From contig DASRCU010000206.1 in NCBI GenBank assembly GCA_035652955.1, positions 1 to 62,984 on the forward strand: 62,984 nt of DNA, in the 5' to 3' direction. How positions within the stretch are numbered: position 1 is the stretch's first letter; each line of letters begins with the position of its first letter. The translations under genes and the position numbers were made by a program. The DNA is from Verrucomicrobiia bacterium. Its GTDB lineage: Bacteria; Verrucomicrobiota; Verrucomicrobiia; Limisphaerales; UBA11358. Below, in pieces: positions 9,251-18,838 of the stretch. A model generated the notes under the pieces. It was not told the DNA's origin and searched no databases. It worked only from the letters and a program-made list of their open reading frames with translations.

Positions 9251-9270
9251 TGGAGGTGGAGGTTGGAATC
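9251..9270. repeat. Partial copy of the 3' end of tRNA-Cys (att-like direct repeat)
   Basis: TGGAGGTGGAGGTTGGAATC (9251..9270) matches TGGAGGCGGAGGTCGGAATC (23429..23448) at 18 of 20 positions on the same strand. The latter is the 3' acceptor/T-arm end of the minus-strand tRNA-Cys. Confidence 0.65.
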
Positions 9271-9452
9271 TGGCTTCGACTCACACTACCTGTTGTATGA
9301 ATGCCATTTTTTATAGAGAACTAAATCGTAACCGGGAGTAACAGCAGGTGAACTTTTCGTAACAATCACTGGCAATTTCACCGGCAATTTTTCGCCGCTC
9401 TATTACCGCTCTTGCAGGTGCATCGTATCTGACTATGATTTGTTCCGCTGTC

Positions 9453-9530
9453 GGCGGGGGGCTAGCCAAGTGGTAAGGCAGGGCTCTGCAAAAGCCTCAT
9501 TCACCAGTTCGATTCTGGTCCCCGCCTCCA
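9453..9530 (+). tRNA. tRNA-Cys(GCA), structurally aberrant (possible pseudo-tRNA)
   Basis: Perfect 7-bp acceptor (GGCGGGG/CCCCGCC), anticodon stem GGGCT/AGCCT with loop CTGCAAA, T-arm ACCAG-TTCGATT-CTGGT and a 3' TCCA. However, 5 nt (GGCTA) rather than 2 lie between the acceptor and D stems. Confidence 0.7.
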
Positions 9531-9691
9531 TAATTGGTATCACCTGCTTACAGCAAGGCGGTTAGTTTTATTCGTTAATAAAATACCTGCTCAAGCGTAA
9601 CAAGAACCTACTATGGCCATTCAATTTTAAGAGGTTAGGTGTCCGCGAAGTCACAAAACAAGCACAGCGCAGTGAAAATTCCAGCAGCAAC

Positions 9692-10285
9692 TCAAGAGCC
9701 GTCCCAATCATCAGCCGCCTGAATAAAGTCCTCCATGGTGTTTGTGTTTCGATAAAATGCACGTTCCGATTTAGAGATCGAATGGAATCGAACCTGCCGC
9801 TCGCCGGCAACATGTCGAATAAAATTATGCAGCGAAGCATTAATATCAGCGGCCGCTTTTTGGACTGCCTCTCGAATTTCCACAGGATATATCGCGCACA
9901 ACGGCTCGAAATGTTCCGCGTTTCGCGGAACTACGGCAACGCCTGCATCGGCCATGGACCAGAGTTTTTCAAGATGCGCCACCGGCATTTGAGGCAAATC
10001 AACAGCCAACGCAAGCAAATGGGTTGTCTGAATTCTTTGAATCACCGCTGCCAAACCGCTCAACGGTCCGCGCGATGGCGGTTCATCCAAAACAACTTCG
10101 ATTTCCGGCGGACACCAAACAGGTTTAGTTCGCGCGGAAATCAAAATTTTCTGCGGCTGTAATTCACGCAGGGTTTTTAACTGTCGCAACCACAGCGGCT
10201 CACCGTTAATTTCGAGCGTTGCTTTGTCTCTGCCCATGCGACGCGATTCGCCGCCGACAAATAAAACTGCTGTCAGCGTTTTCAT
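9692..10285 (-). CDS. mobA: Molybdenum cofactor guanylyltransferase
   Basis: MKTLTAVLFVGGESRRMGRDKATLEINGEPL... is the MobA N-terminal LAGG.S.RMG.DK signature, and the ~197-aa length fits. The ATG at 10285 overlaps the upstream stop (ATGA). Confidence 0.9.
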   Translation of the reverse strand: MKTLTAVLFVGGESRRMGRDKATLEINGEPLWLRQLKTLRELQPQKILISARTKPVWCPPEIEVVLDEPPSRGPLSGLAAVIQRIQTTHLLALAVDLPQMPVAHLEKLWSMADAGVAVVPRNAEHFEPLCAIYPVEIREAVQKAAADINASLHNFIRHVAGERQVRFHSISKSERAFYRNTNTMEDFIQAADDWDGS

Positions 10286-10491
10286 TTTTCCAAGCGCAGT
10301 TTGCCATCGCTCAAAATCTGCGCACGCAAGCCGCCGCGATTTTGCAGGAAATGTTCCGCGCCTGGTGCAAATGCTTCGTTCATCCAATGACACGGCGCGC
10401 AATGCGCCGTGCCAAAAAAATTTCCCGGCGGCTCCCCGTGATGGCCGAAGTAATTGTGGCCGGGCGAAATATAGAGATGACAAACCTTCAC
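10282..10491 (-). pseudogene. MOSC-domain gene remnant (N- and C-terminal ends only, in frame)
   Basis: The 69-aa ORF starts MKVCHLYISPGHNYFGHHGEPPGN (N-terminus of a MOSC subfamily). It then jumps to FFGTAHCAPCHWMNEAFAPGAEHFLQNRGGLRAQILSDGKLRLE (the MOSC C-terminus with the conserved Cys and RGG..A.IL motif). About 80 residues of the barrel are missing. Confidence 0.5.
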
Positions 10492-10526
10492 GATTCAAAG
10501 ATGACATTTTTGTTTGCGAAGAAAAA

Positions 10527-12722
10527 TTATTTCTTCATCGGCTCCACGCGCACGGCGCAATATTTGTAATTCGGCTGGCGCGAGTGCGGGTCAAATTCGG
10601 CCCGCGTTAATTTATTGGCGATGCCATAGTGCATTGGAATGAAAACTTGTCCGGGCTGGACGCTTGCCGTTACAAATGCCGCGCATTCCACTTTTGCGCG
10701 CCGGGAAACAATCGCGACTTTTTTGTTCGGCTGAATTTTCAATCGCTTCGCATCCGCCGGATTGATTTCGACGTAGGCGTTCGCCGGATAAAGTTTGCGC
10801 AACACATCGGATTTTTCCGTGCGCGTGTTCGTATGCCATTGCGCGCTCGTGCCGCGGCCGGTCAAAAGCACGAATGGAAATTCCTCGTCAGTTTTTTCCG
10901 ATAATTTCCGCGGCGCCTCAAAAATAAATTTCGCCTTTCTGTCCGGCGTGAAAAACTTTCCATCGGCAAACAGTCGCCGCTCTTTTTCATTTTTCATTTT
11001 TTCCGGCAACGGCCATTGAATTCCGCCTTCCTCATCCAAATGCTTGTAATCGCGGATGCCCGTAATATCGCAGGGCTGACTGGCGCTCAATTTTTTCAAA
11101 ATTTGAAAAACAGCTTCCGGCGAATTCCATTCACGAAACATTTCGCCGCAACCCCATGCGTGCGCGACCAACTTGAAAATGTTGAAATCGCTCAACGCCT
11201 GCCCCGGAGCGCGACGAACTTTTTTCACGAGGCCGATGCGGCGTTCGGAATTGATGAGCGTGCCTTCCTTTTCGCCCCAGCCGGCGGCGGGCAAAAACAA
11301 ATGCGCTCGCTGCGCGGTTTCCGTCGTCGGATACAAATCCTGCACGACGAGAAATTCCAATTTGTCGGCGAGGCGATTAAAATTATTTTGGTCAATCCAC
11401 GAGTGCGAACTGTTCGTTGCCATAATCCACAATCCGCGAATTTCTCCATCGGCAATTCCTTGAACGATTTGGTCGTAAGCCCACGAATTTTTCGATGGAA
11501 TTTTTTCGACGGGGATTTTCAGAACTTCCGCAACTTTTGCGCGATGTTCCGCGTTCAGAAAATCACGCCCAAAAAGACTTGTGATATTTGCAAAAAGCCG
11601 CGAACCCATCGCGTTGCACTGGCCGGTGATGGAATTTGCACCCGTGCCGGGCTTGCCGATGTTTCCGGTCATCAAAGCCAAATTGATAATCGCCTGCGCC
11701 GTGCGCGTCGCTTCGTGACCCTGGTTTACGCCCATCGTCCACCAGAACGAAACCGCCTTGCCGCGATGGATTGTTTCGGCGAATTGCAAAATTTCGTCGG
11801 CGGACAAATTTGTTTCCGCCGCGACTTTCTCTAAAGTGAATTGTCGCGCGAAGTTCGCAAAATCACCAAAGCCGTTTGTGTTTCGTTCTATAAATTCGCC
11901 GTCAATCCAATTATTTTGAATCAGCAGATTTGCAATTCCGTAAAGCAAAATTAAATCCGATTTCGGTTTGAGTGCGACGTGTTGCGTTGCATTCATCGCC
12001 GTTTCCGTGCGGCGTGGATCCACGACGATGATTTGCGGATTCTTTTTGTTCCGCAATACGCGCTGCCACATAATCGGATGTGCGATGCACGGATTTGCGC
12101 CGACAAAAACTAAAACATCGCTCTCCTCAAAATCCGCATAAGTGAAAGGCGGCGCGTCAAAGCCAAAACTTTGCTTGTAAGCCGTGTGCGCGGTGGCCAT
12201 GCACTGCCGCGTGTTCGAGTCGCAATGCAGCGCGCCCATGCCAAATTTCCACAACGCACCGAGCAATGCCATTTCTTCCGTGCAAATTTGCCCGGTGCCG
12301 AGAAATGCGACGCTCTCGTTGCCATGTCGCGCCATGATGTCTTTGAATTTTCCGACGAATAATTTCATCGCCTCGTCCCACGTCGCAGGTTGAAATTTTC
12401 CCTTCTCATTACGGATTAATGGTGTCGTGCCGCGATCCGGCGCGGACAGCGGCGTCAACGCTTCCCAACCTTTTGGACATGCCATGCCGAGGTTAACCGG
12501 ATAATTTCCGTCCGCGCTCAAATTGATGGCTTCGCCGTTTTTCAAATGAATTTTCAAACCGCAGCCGGTCGAACAAAAGCCGCAGGTCATCGTCGTTGTT
12601 GCATCGGGTTTCAAACGGGCGGGAGTTTTGCCGAGACCGAACTTTCCCGGTTCAAGAACAAGTTCACTCGTCAGTGGGCCAGTCCATTCGCGCAAAACAG
12701 GTTTTGGGAATTTTAATTTCAC
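10527..12722 (-). CDS. nasA: Assimilatory-type (NasA/NarB-like) molybdopterin nitrate reductase catalytic subunit, no Tat signal
   Basis: N-terminal CGFCSTGCG...GMACPKG is the 4Fe-4S motif, and the MGD-family body ([32 protein letters not shown]) fits. Context is nrtABCD and mobA. The GTG start overlaps the upstream stop (GTGA). Confidence 0.88.
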   Translation of the reverse strand: MKLKFPKPVLREWTGPLTSELVLEPGKFGLGKTPARLKPDATTTMTCGFCSTGCGLKIHLKNGEAINLSADGNYPVNLGMACPKGWEALTPLSAPDRGTTPLIRNEKGKFQPATWDEAMKLFVGKFKDIMARHGNESVAFLGTGQICTEEMALLGALWKFGMGALHCDSNTRQCMATAHTAYKQSFGFDAPPFTYADFEESDVLVFVGANPCIAHPIMWQRVLRNKKNPQIIVVDPRRTETAMNATQHVALKPKSDLILLYGIANLLIQNNWIDGEFIERNTNGFGDFANFARQFTLEKVAAETNLSADEILQFAETIHRGKAVSFWWTMGVNQGHEATRTAQAIINLALMTGNIGKPGTGANSITGQCNAMGSRLFANITSLFGRDFLNAEHRAKVAEVLKIPVEKIPSKNSWAYDQIVQGIADGEIRGLWIMATNSSHSWIDQNNFNRLADKLEFLVVQDLYPTTETAQRAHLFLPAAGWGEKEGTLINSERRIGLVKKVRRAPGQALSDFNIFKLVAHAWGCGEMFREWNSPEAVFQILKKLSASQPCDITGIRDYKHLDEEGGIQWPLPEKMKNEKERRLFADGKFFTPDRKAKFIFEAPRKLSEKTDEEFPFVLLTGRGTSAQWHTNTRTEKSDVLRKLYPANAYVEINPADAKRLKIQPNKKVAIVSRRAKVECAAFVTASVQPGQVFIPMHYGIANKLTRAEFDPHSRQPNYKYCAVRVEPMKK

Positions 12723-14440
12723 GCGGTAATTCCTCCCGGCATCTTTCTGGCTGCGCCTGCGCGAAAGAAGACGTAGCGCGCGATAATTTCAGAAATCAAA
12801 GTCGTCAGTGCGAGTGCGCTTGTCCAAATAGCTGCCGTTCCAGCGATGTTGGCGATGGCGAGCAGGCAGAAAATTATCGAGGCGGCGAACAGGATCGTTT
12901 GCATGGAAGCGGTGCGCGGCAATAGTTCGCGGATCGCGCGGGCATTCAAATGAATCGGGCTGTTGAAATTTCCCAGTGCGCCGCGCAGTTCCATTTGTCG
13001 CCAGGCAAATAAAACCAGTTGTAAAACCAACACGACAATCAAAAACGGCTGGACGAAATTAAATTTGGCGAGCCATGCAAATATCGCGCCTGAAAATGTC
13101 GCACCAAGTAAAAATGTAGTTCCGAAAAATGCGCTAAACGAATGGCGCGGCGACCAGCATGCGCGCTTGGTGTCCACATAAACCATGCCGGAAATGAAAA
13201 CGCATCCGAGTCCGATGAATGCGGCAAAAATGGCCAGCGGCAATTGGAATTTTTCAACCGGTGAGAACACCGCGGGGATTTTTTGAAGCAACGATTCCAG
13301 TTTTGGAAATTTTTGAGAAAGAAACGGCAGCCACGCGAGCGCCGTCGCAGCGGCAGCAAATGGAGCAAAAAAATTGAAGGCAATGATTTCACGGCTCAAC
13401 CAACTCGTCCGCCAGCCGAGAAACGCGCGCCAGGCTTTTAACGGTTGCCCTAAATGCAGTGGTGCGGCCAGCAAACCGAAATTCAAAATCACAAACGCGG
13501 CGAGTTCCAAAATTTTTGTTTCAGGCGTTTGAGCAATTGCCGCCGCCAAAAACATTCCTGCGGCGGCTTGTGTGAATACGAGCATGAAAACAAGCGGCCA
13601 GTGCGGATTGTCCAATCGCGGCACGTCGCGGTCGGCGGAAAATATGGTTCCATTCAAATGCCGCTTTGAAAGGTAACGCGTCGTTGGCAGAGTAATTTTT
13701 GGATTCGGCGAATCGGGTAAAAATTTTGTAGCAGCCGATGTGAATCGGCTCTGACTGTTTTCAAAATGAGCGGACTCATGTTCGCTGCTACAGGAACTAT
13801 ATTGCGTCCTGATTTCATCCTGATTTACCAAAGTGATTTTAATCGCGCCGTTCGGACATGATTGCACGCACGCAGGCGCTTCGCCGACCGCGAGGCGGCT
13901 CATGCACATGTCGCACTTGCGGACGATGCCAAGCCTCTCGGAATACTTCGGCACTTCATACGGGCATTTCATCACGCAATACTGGCAGCCGATGCACTGG
14001 TCATCGAGATGCCGGACGATGCCGGTGGCCGGGTCTTTGTCGTAGGCTTTGACGGGACAACCGTTCAAACAGCCGGGGTCAACGCAATGATGGCATGCGC
14101 TCGTGATGGTTTGTTGAAATGATTTTTCATCCGCGATGCCGTGAAGCAATCCGACTTCGCGCCACGTTTCATTTTCGTCGAGGCCGTTGAGCGAATGGCA
14201 ACCGGCCACGCACGCTTTGCAGCCGGAACAAGCGTCGAGATTCACTTCGAACGCGTATTGCTCGCCGGGATTTGGCGAACGCGCGGGCATGAACGCGCGG
14301 TAAAATTTTTCGCCATTTGCATGGCCGTCGCGGTCGTGATGACGCGAAAATTTTTCGACGGCAGTAAGCGTGCGCTGCTCGGCGAGCAGTTCGTCAATCA
14401 ACGTGTGTGCGCTGTCCGAGGCGGCGAAGTCATTCATCAT
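12719..14440 (-). CDS. Fusion protein: DmsB/NrfC-like 4Fe-4S multicluster domain + DmsC/YnfH-type 8-TM membrane anchor
   Basis: The N-terminal half has [37 protein letters not shown] and CDMC...CVQSCP cluster motifs. The C-terminal half has ~8 hydrophobic helices of the DmsC type. No signal peptide. It is translationally coupled to nasA. Confidence 0.85.
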   Translation of the reverse strand: MMNDFAASDSAHTLIDELLAEQRTLTAVEKFSRHHDRDGHANGEKFYRAFMPARSPNPGEQYAFEVNLDACSGCKACVAGCHSLNGLDENETWREVGLLHGIADEKSFQQTITSACHHCVDPGCLNGCPVKAYDKDPATGIVRHLDDQCIGCQYCVMKCPYEVPKYSERLGIVRKCDMCMSRLAVGEAPACVQSCPNGAIKITLVNQDEIRTQYSSCSSEHESAHFENSQSRFTSAATKFLPDSPNPKITLPTTRYLSKRHLNGTIFSADRDVPRLDNPHWPLVFMLVFTQAAAGMFLAAAIAQTPETKILELAAFVILNFGLLAAPLHLGQPLKAWRAFLGWRTSWLSREIIAFNFFAPFAAAATALAWLPFLSQKFPKLESLLQKIPAVFSPVEKFQLPLAIFAAFIGLGCVFISGMVYVDTKRACWSPRHSFSAFFGTTFLLGATFSGAIFAWLAKFNFVQPFLIVVLVLQLVLFAWRQMELRGALGNFNSPIHLNARAIRELLPRTASMQTILFAASIIFCLLAIANIAGTAAIWTSALALTTLISEIIARYVFFRAGAARKMPGGITA

Positions 14441-14633
14441 TTGTGAAAATGGCCTGCAACGTGTTCAGGTCATTGCGCACGGTGAATTTTTGAAACGATT
14501 CGCCCGACTGCCGGTGGCGCAAATAGTCTTCAACATTTTTTCCAGCGAGCAGACCGGGCATGTAACCGTTCAACCGCAAGCGTTGCTCGTGATTGAACGG
14601 CGCATTTGCCGGAATGAATGGCGCGAGTTGCAA
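14430..14633 (-). CDS. Small ORF (67 aa from TTG, or 43 aa from the internal ATG) wedged between the porin and FeS/DmsC genes
   Basis: It starts 4 nt after the porin stop, and its stop overlaps the FeS/DmsC start by 11 nt (ATGATGAATGA). It contains APFNHEQRLRLNGYMPGLLAG, reminiscent of the CysJ N-terminus and the NasA-CysJ linker, and GESFQKFTVRNDL...L. If it is not coding, the region is a 197-nt gap in an otherwise tight operon. Confidence 0.4.
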   Translation of the reverse strand: MQLAPFIPANAPFNHEQRLRLNGYMPGLLAGKNVEDYLRHRQSGESFQKFTVRNDLNTLQAIFTNDE

Positions 14634-14637
14634 TCGT

Positions 14638-16068
14638 TTAGAAATTGAATTCCACTTGCGCCCAGAATTTTTGGATGTCCACGCCGGACACAGTCAGCGA
14701 TGGCGCCGCCGCGTCCTGCCCCTGGTAGTAGGCGTATTTGACGAGCGCGGTCCAATACTTGCCAAATTTTCTGGACGCAACGACATCGAATTCCTGACCG
14801 TAACCGGCGTTGCCGAAGTCCGCGTCGTATTTATGAAATATGAAGCGCACCGGAATTTGCGCGGGCAAAGTGTATTGTGCGTAGGCATAAAAATCGCGTA
14901 AACCATTCGCGGGTGTGGAAAGAAAAACGTCATCCCAACCGTTGAATGCATGAAGCGTGGCCAGCGGCGTGCGGAACGAAGCGCGTCCGCCGCCTGCACC
15001 AGTGTTCGCGCCGCTGCCAAGGTCTTCGTAGCCCGCGCCGAACGCAAACGGTTTTATGCTCGCACCGGCTTCGAGGTTGTAATACTCCGTTCCATAACGA
15101 AGCAAACTGTCGGCGTAATCGGTCTGCCATGCGAATTCCGCGCGATAGTCGAGCGTGACCTTGTCGCTGACGGGCGCTTGTCCCGCAAAATAGCCGCCGT
15201 AAGTCGCGCAGGAATTGGCCGCGCCCGCCGCATTTTGCAAATCCAGCAAATAGGCATAGCCGACGAATCGTCCATATTTCCAGCCGGAATAGGAAATGTT
15301 GATCAAGTGCGAACGTGAATCAAAATCAGTATTCGCGGCGGGCAACCCCCCGACATTGCCAAAGACGCGATGAACGTCCCAGAGGTAGGCATAATACAAA
15401 TTGAGATGGTCAATCGGTTCGCTGCTCGCGCTCACGGCATCGTAGGTTTGCATATTCTGCCGCCAGCCGACGTCGCCGATGAAACGCTGGTTGTCGAGAT
15501 TGATTTGCTGTTCGCCGACTTTCGCCGAAATCCAATTCTCGTAGCTGTAACCCAGCCACGCTTGATCCAATCTTGTGATTGGCGGGTCGGCGACGACCGG
15601 CCGCGCGCCCTGGCCATTGGAACCCGCGGCGTTGTAATTGTGTTCCGGTCCGAGCACGGAGACATTCACGCCTTCGGCCATTGCCTGAAATCCGTAAAGC
15701 GGCGCGGTCGTGTAACCGACGCGCGTGCGAATCGTCGGCGCGTAAGAATCTTTTGTAATGGCGCCAACGCCTTCTTCATCCGCCTGCTCGTAACGCAAGC
15801 GGACATTGACATTCACCTTGCCTTTGGCGAGCGCACCAGGAATTTCCTTGTTGAAAAATTTACCAATTGGATTTGACGCCGGGGAATTGGTGGCGGACCC
15901 GGCGCTTGCGAGGGCAGCAACCCGGGGTGACGCGGGCGGCATCGGCGGTTGTGCCGTGCCCGCTGCCGCAAAGGGTTTTTGTTGCGCGAAGACGGATGCC
16001 GTGGCGGCAAGAACCAGCGCTCCACCGGTGAGAATTTTTTTTCGATTGTTGGTTTGGATTTTTTTCAT
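14638..16068 (-). CDS. Outer-membrane beta-barrel porin (alginate-export/OprP-like), putative nitrate/nitrite porin
   Basis: Signal peptide (ALVLAATASVFA/QQ), alternating beta-strand pattern rich in Y/G/N, and a C-terminal ...AQVEFNF with terminal Phe. It sits inside the nrt/nas operon. Confidence 0.7.
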   Translation of the reverse strand: MKKIQTNNRKKILTGGALVLAATASVFAQQKPFAAAGTAQPPMPPASPRVAALASAGSATNSPASNPIGKFFNKEIPGALAKGKVNVNVRLRYEQADEEGVGAITKDSYAPTIRTRVGYTTAPLYGFQAMAEGVNVSVLGPEHNYNAAGSNGQGARPVVADPPITRLDQAWLGYSYENWISAKVGEQQINLDNQRFIGDVGWRQNMQTYDAVSASSEPIDHLNLYYAYLWDVHRVFGNVGGLPAANTDFDSRSHLINISYSGWKYGRFVGYAYLLDLQNAAGAANSCATYGGYFAGQAPVSDKVTLDYRAEFAWQTDYADSLLRYGTEYYNLEAGASIKPFAFGAGYEDLGSGANTGAGGGRASFRTPLATLHAFNGWDDVFLSTPANGLRDFYAYAQYTLPAQIPVRFIFHKYDADFGNAGYGQEFDVVASRKFGKYWTALVKYAYYQGQDAAAPSLTVSGVDIQKFWAQVEFNF

Positions 16069-16095
16069 TTGTTTTCAGTTTTCAGGACAAATTTT

Positions 16096-16899
16096 TCAAG
16101 CGGCGTTTGCCAAATTTGATTTCCTGTGCGCGCGTTCTTCGAGAAACGTGATGAGATGTTCGCGGCAACGGTAGTATTCGGAATTTTCCAGCAACGCGGT
16201 GCGGTTGCGCGGACGCGGAAATGGAATTTGTAAAATATCACCGACTCCGGCGGCGGGGCCGTTGGTCATCATCACCACGCGGTCGGCGAGAAAAATGGCT
16301 TCATCCACGTCGTGTGTGACCATCAAGGCGGTGAGCTGTGTCCGGCTCCACACATCGAGCAATACCTGTTGAAGTTCGAGCCGCGTCAATGAATCGAGCA
16401 TTCCGAATGGCTCGTCGAGCAGCAGCATTTTTGGCGAGAGCGCAAACGCGCGAGCGATGCCGACGCGCTGGCGCATTCCTTGCGAAAGTTCCGCGGGTTT
16501 TTTGTTCATCGCGTCGCCGAGACCAACAACCGTCAAATAATATTCCGCAATCTGACGCCGCTCGGTTTTGCTCGCGGTGAAAAAAACCTGGTTGACGCCG
16601 AGCATCACATTGTCAAACGCTGACATCCACGGCAGCAAACAAGGCGATTGAAAAACCACACCACGATCAGGACCCGCGCCGTTCAGTTCTTTTCCAGCCA
16701 AAATAATTCCGCCGCCGGAAATTTCGTTTAGCCCCGCGAGCATGGAAAGTACGGTGCTTTTGCCGCAACCGGAATGGCCGATGAGCGCGACGAACTCGCC
16801 CTTTTTGACGCGCAAATTGAAATCCTGAACGATGACCGCCGGGCCTTTCGGCGTCGGATAAATTTTCGCAAGATTGTCTATGACGAGATATTCGCTCAT
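16096..16899 (-). CDS. nrtD: Nitrate/nitrite ABC transporter ATP-binding protein
   Basis: Walker [29 protein letters not shown], signature LSQGMRQRV and Walker B LLLDEPF. This matches the NrtD/CmpD family pattern. Confidence 0.9.
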   Translation of the reverse strand: MSEYLVIDNLAKIYPTPKGPAVIVQDFNLRVKKGEFVALIGHSGCGKSTVLSMLAGLNEISGGGIILAGKELNGAGPDRGVVFQSPCLLPWMSAFDNVMLGVNQVFFTASKTERRQIAEYYLTVVGLGDAMNKKPAELSQGMRQRVGIARAFALSPKMLLLDEPFGMLDSLTRLELQQVLLDVWSRTQLTALMVTHDVDEAIFLADRVVMMTNGPAAGVGDILQIPFPRPRNRTALLENSEYYRCREHLITFLEERAHRKSNLANAA

Positions 16900-17807
16900 G
16901 CGTCCGCCTCCACGCGCTTGATTTCGCGGCGGCGAACCGGCTTCGTGCGATCGCCGAACGTGGCACGCGGAATCGCAAGGTCATCCGGCTCGATGTCCGG
17001 CAAAATTAATTTTTTCGTAATCGCCGTTTGCCGCTGGCCTTTGGAATTCAGCAAGAATTCAATAATCTCGCGCCGCAATTGCTTGAAATGCGGGTCGTGA
17101 TTGATGCCTTTGCGGTCGCGCGGACGCGGAATTTCGATTTGAAACGACGGCCCCAAAGTCGCGTTCGGTCCGGCGGTCAGCGGAATAATTCTGTCGGCCA
17201 AATAAATTCCTTCGTCGGGATCGTTCGTAATCATCACGATGGTTTTTTTGTCTTCCAACCAAATGCGGGAAATTTCGTCCTGCAACGTCGCGCGCGTCAG
17301 CGCATCGAGCGCGGAAAGCGGTTCGTCCAGCAAAAGAATTTGCGGATCCATCGCCAGCGCACGCGCCACGGAAACGCGCTGCCTCATCCCGCCGGAAAGT
17401 TCGCGCGGTTTTTTGTCGCGCGCCGCAGTGAGATTGACCATCGCGATGTATTTTTCGACGTGCTGCTTTTTCTTTTCCGCCGACCAGTTCGGATTTACTG
17501 ATTCCACCGCGAGTAAAATGTTTTCAAAGACCGACAGCCACGGCAGCAGCGAATAATTTTGAAAAACAATTCCGCGGTCCGGACCGGGTTCAGTGATTTC
17601 CAAATCATTCAACGTAAGCATGCCGGAATCCGGTTTGATCAAACCGGCAATGAGCGAAATCAACGTCGTTTTGCCCGCGCCGGAAAAGCCCACGATGGCG
17701 ACGAATTCACCTTTTTCGACACCAAGGTTAATATCGCGCAAGACTTCCGTTCGGCTGCCGCTCGCGCCGTAACCTTTGCTAACGTTTTGAAGTCTGAGAA
17801 ATCCCAT
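16896..17807 (-). CDS. nrtC: Nitrate/nitrite ABC transporter ATP-binding protein
   Basis: Walker [38 protein letters not shown] and [11 protein letters not shown]. It overlaps nrtD by 4 nt and lacks the cyanobacterial C-terminal NrtA-like domain. Confidence 0.9.
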   Translation of the reverse strand: MGFLRLQNVSKGYGASGSRTEVLRDINLGVEKGEFVAIVGFSGAGKTTLISLIAGLIKPDSGMLTLNDLEITEPGPDRGIVFQNYSLLPWLSVFENILLAVESVNPNWSAEKKKQHVEKYIAMVNLTAARDKKPRELSGGMRQRVSVARALAMDPQILLLDEPLSALDALTRATLQDEISRIWLEDKKTIVMITNDPDEGIYLADRIIPLTAGPNATLGPSFQIEIPRPRDRKGINHDPHFKQLRREIIEFLLNSKGQRQTAITKKLILPDIEPDDLAIPRATFGDRTKPVRRREIKRVEADA

Positions 17808-17809
17808 GG

Positions 17810-18829
17810 TCAGATGGCTTTGGCGTCGTAACTGACAAGTCGTTGAAGGAGCAGCATCAAACGGTCGAGCGCGAACCCGATGAAGCCGATGGTGAACACA
17901 GCGACCATGATTTGCGCGAGCGTGTCACTGCTGCCGTTTTGGAACATGTCCCAGATGAATTTTCCAAGACCGGGATTTTGCGCGAGCATTTCAGCGGCGA
18001 TCAAAACCATCCAACCCACGCCAAGAGAAAGTCGCAATCCGGTAAAGATGTAAGGCAACGCGGACGGCAAAATGATTTTCCAAATCTGTTTCCACCAGCC
18101 GAGCTTGAGCACGCGTGCGACGTTGAGATAATCCTTGTCAATCGAAGCGACGCCGAGCGCGGTGTTGATGAGCGTCGGCCAAAGCGAACACATCGCGACC
18201 GTGATGGCCGAACTCAAAAATGCTTTTTCAAACCACGGATGCGGTGGATTATAGAGCGCGCTGACCATGATCATCACAATGGGCAGCCACGCCAGCGGCG
18301 AAACCGGTTTGAAAATCTGAATGAACGGATTAACCGCGTTGAAAAACGGGCGGCTCAATCCGCAAATGATTCCGACCGGCACGGCAATCAATGAGCCGAT
18401 GAGAAACCCGGTGAACACAGTCTCCAGGCTCGTGCAAATCTGGTCGAAGTAAGTCGGCGGACCGGAGTATTTAATGTCAGGGAAAGTTTGTCCGGGATTT
18501 TTTGCGAGAAAATCCGCACGCCGCTTGGCGAGTTCCTGATAAAATTCCGTTTCCTTCTGGCGCTCGGCCCAGTGCGCATCCCACAAGACTCCAGCTTGTT
18601 TCCAAACGGCCATCGGGCCGGGAATTGAACCGAAGTTGACTTTGACGTGCGACGCGACCTGCGACCAGATGAAAAGAAAAATCGCGAAAGAAATTAAGGG
18701 TGCGCCAATCGCAGAAAAAATTTTCCGCAGCCTTTCATCCGTTTCGCGGTTCGTGCGGACAGGCGGTTTTTGAGGAATAGTCGGAGCCTTTTCCATGACT
18801 GCTTCAACGTTGGCAACAGCTTCGTTCAT
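17810..18829 (-). CDS. nrtB: Nitrate ABC transporter permease
   Basis: 339-aa polytopic protein with the NrtB/CmpB-type long N-terminal extension and a BPD-transporter core (...[17 protein letters not shown]...). Confidence 0.9.
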   Translation of the reverse strand: MNEAVANVEAVMEKAPTIPQKPPVRTNRETDERLRKIFSAIGAPLISFAIFLFIWSQVASHVKVNFGSIPGPMAVWKQAGVLWDAHWAERQKETEFYQELAKRRADFLAKNPGQTFPDIKYSGPPTYFDQICTSLETVFTGFLIGSLIAVPVGIICGLSRPFFNAVNPFIQIFKPVSPLAWLPIVMIMVSALYNPPHPWFEKAFLSSAITVAMCSLWPTLINTALGVASIDKDYLNVARVLKLGWWKQIWKIILPSALPYIFTGLRLSLGVGWMVLIAAEMLAQNPGLGKFIWDMFQNGSSDTLAQIMVAVFTIGFIGFALDRLMLLLQRLVSYDAKAI

Positions 18830-18838
18830 GAATTTGAT

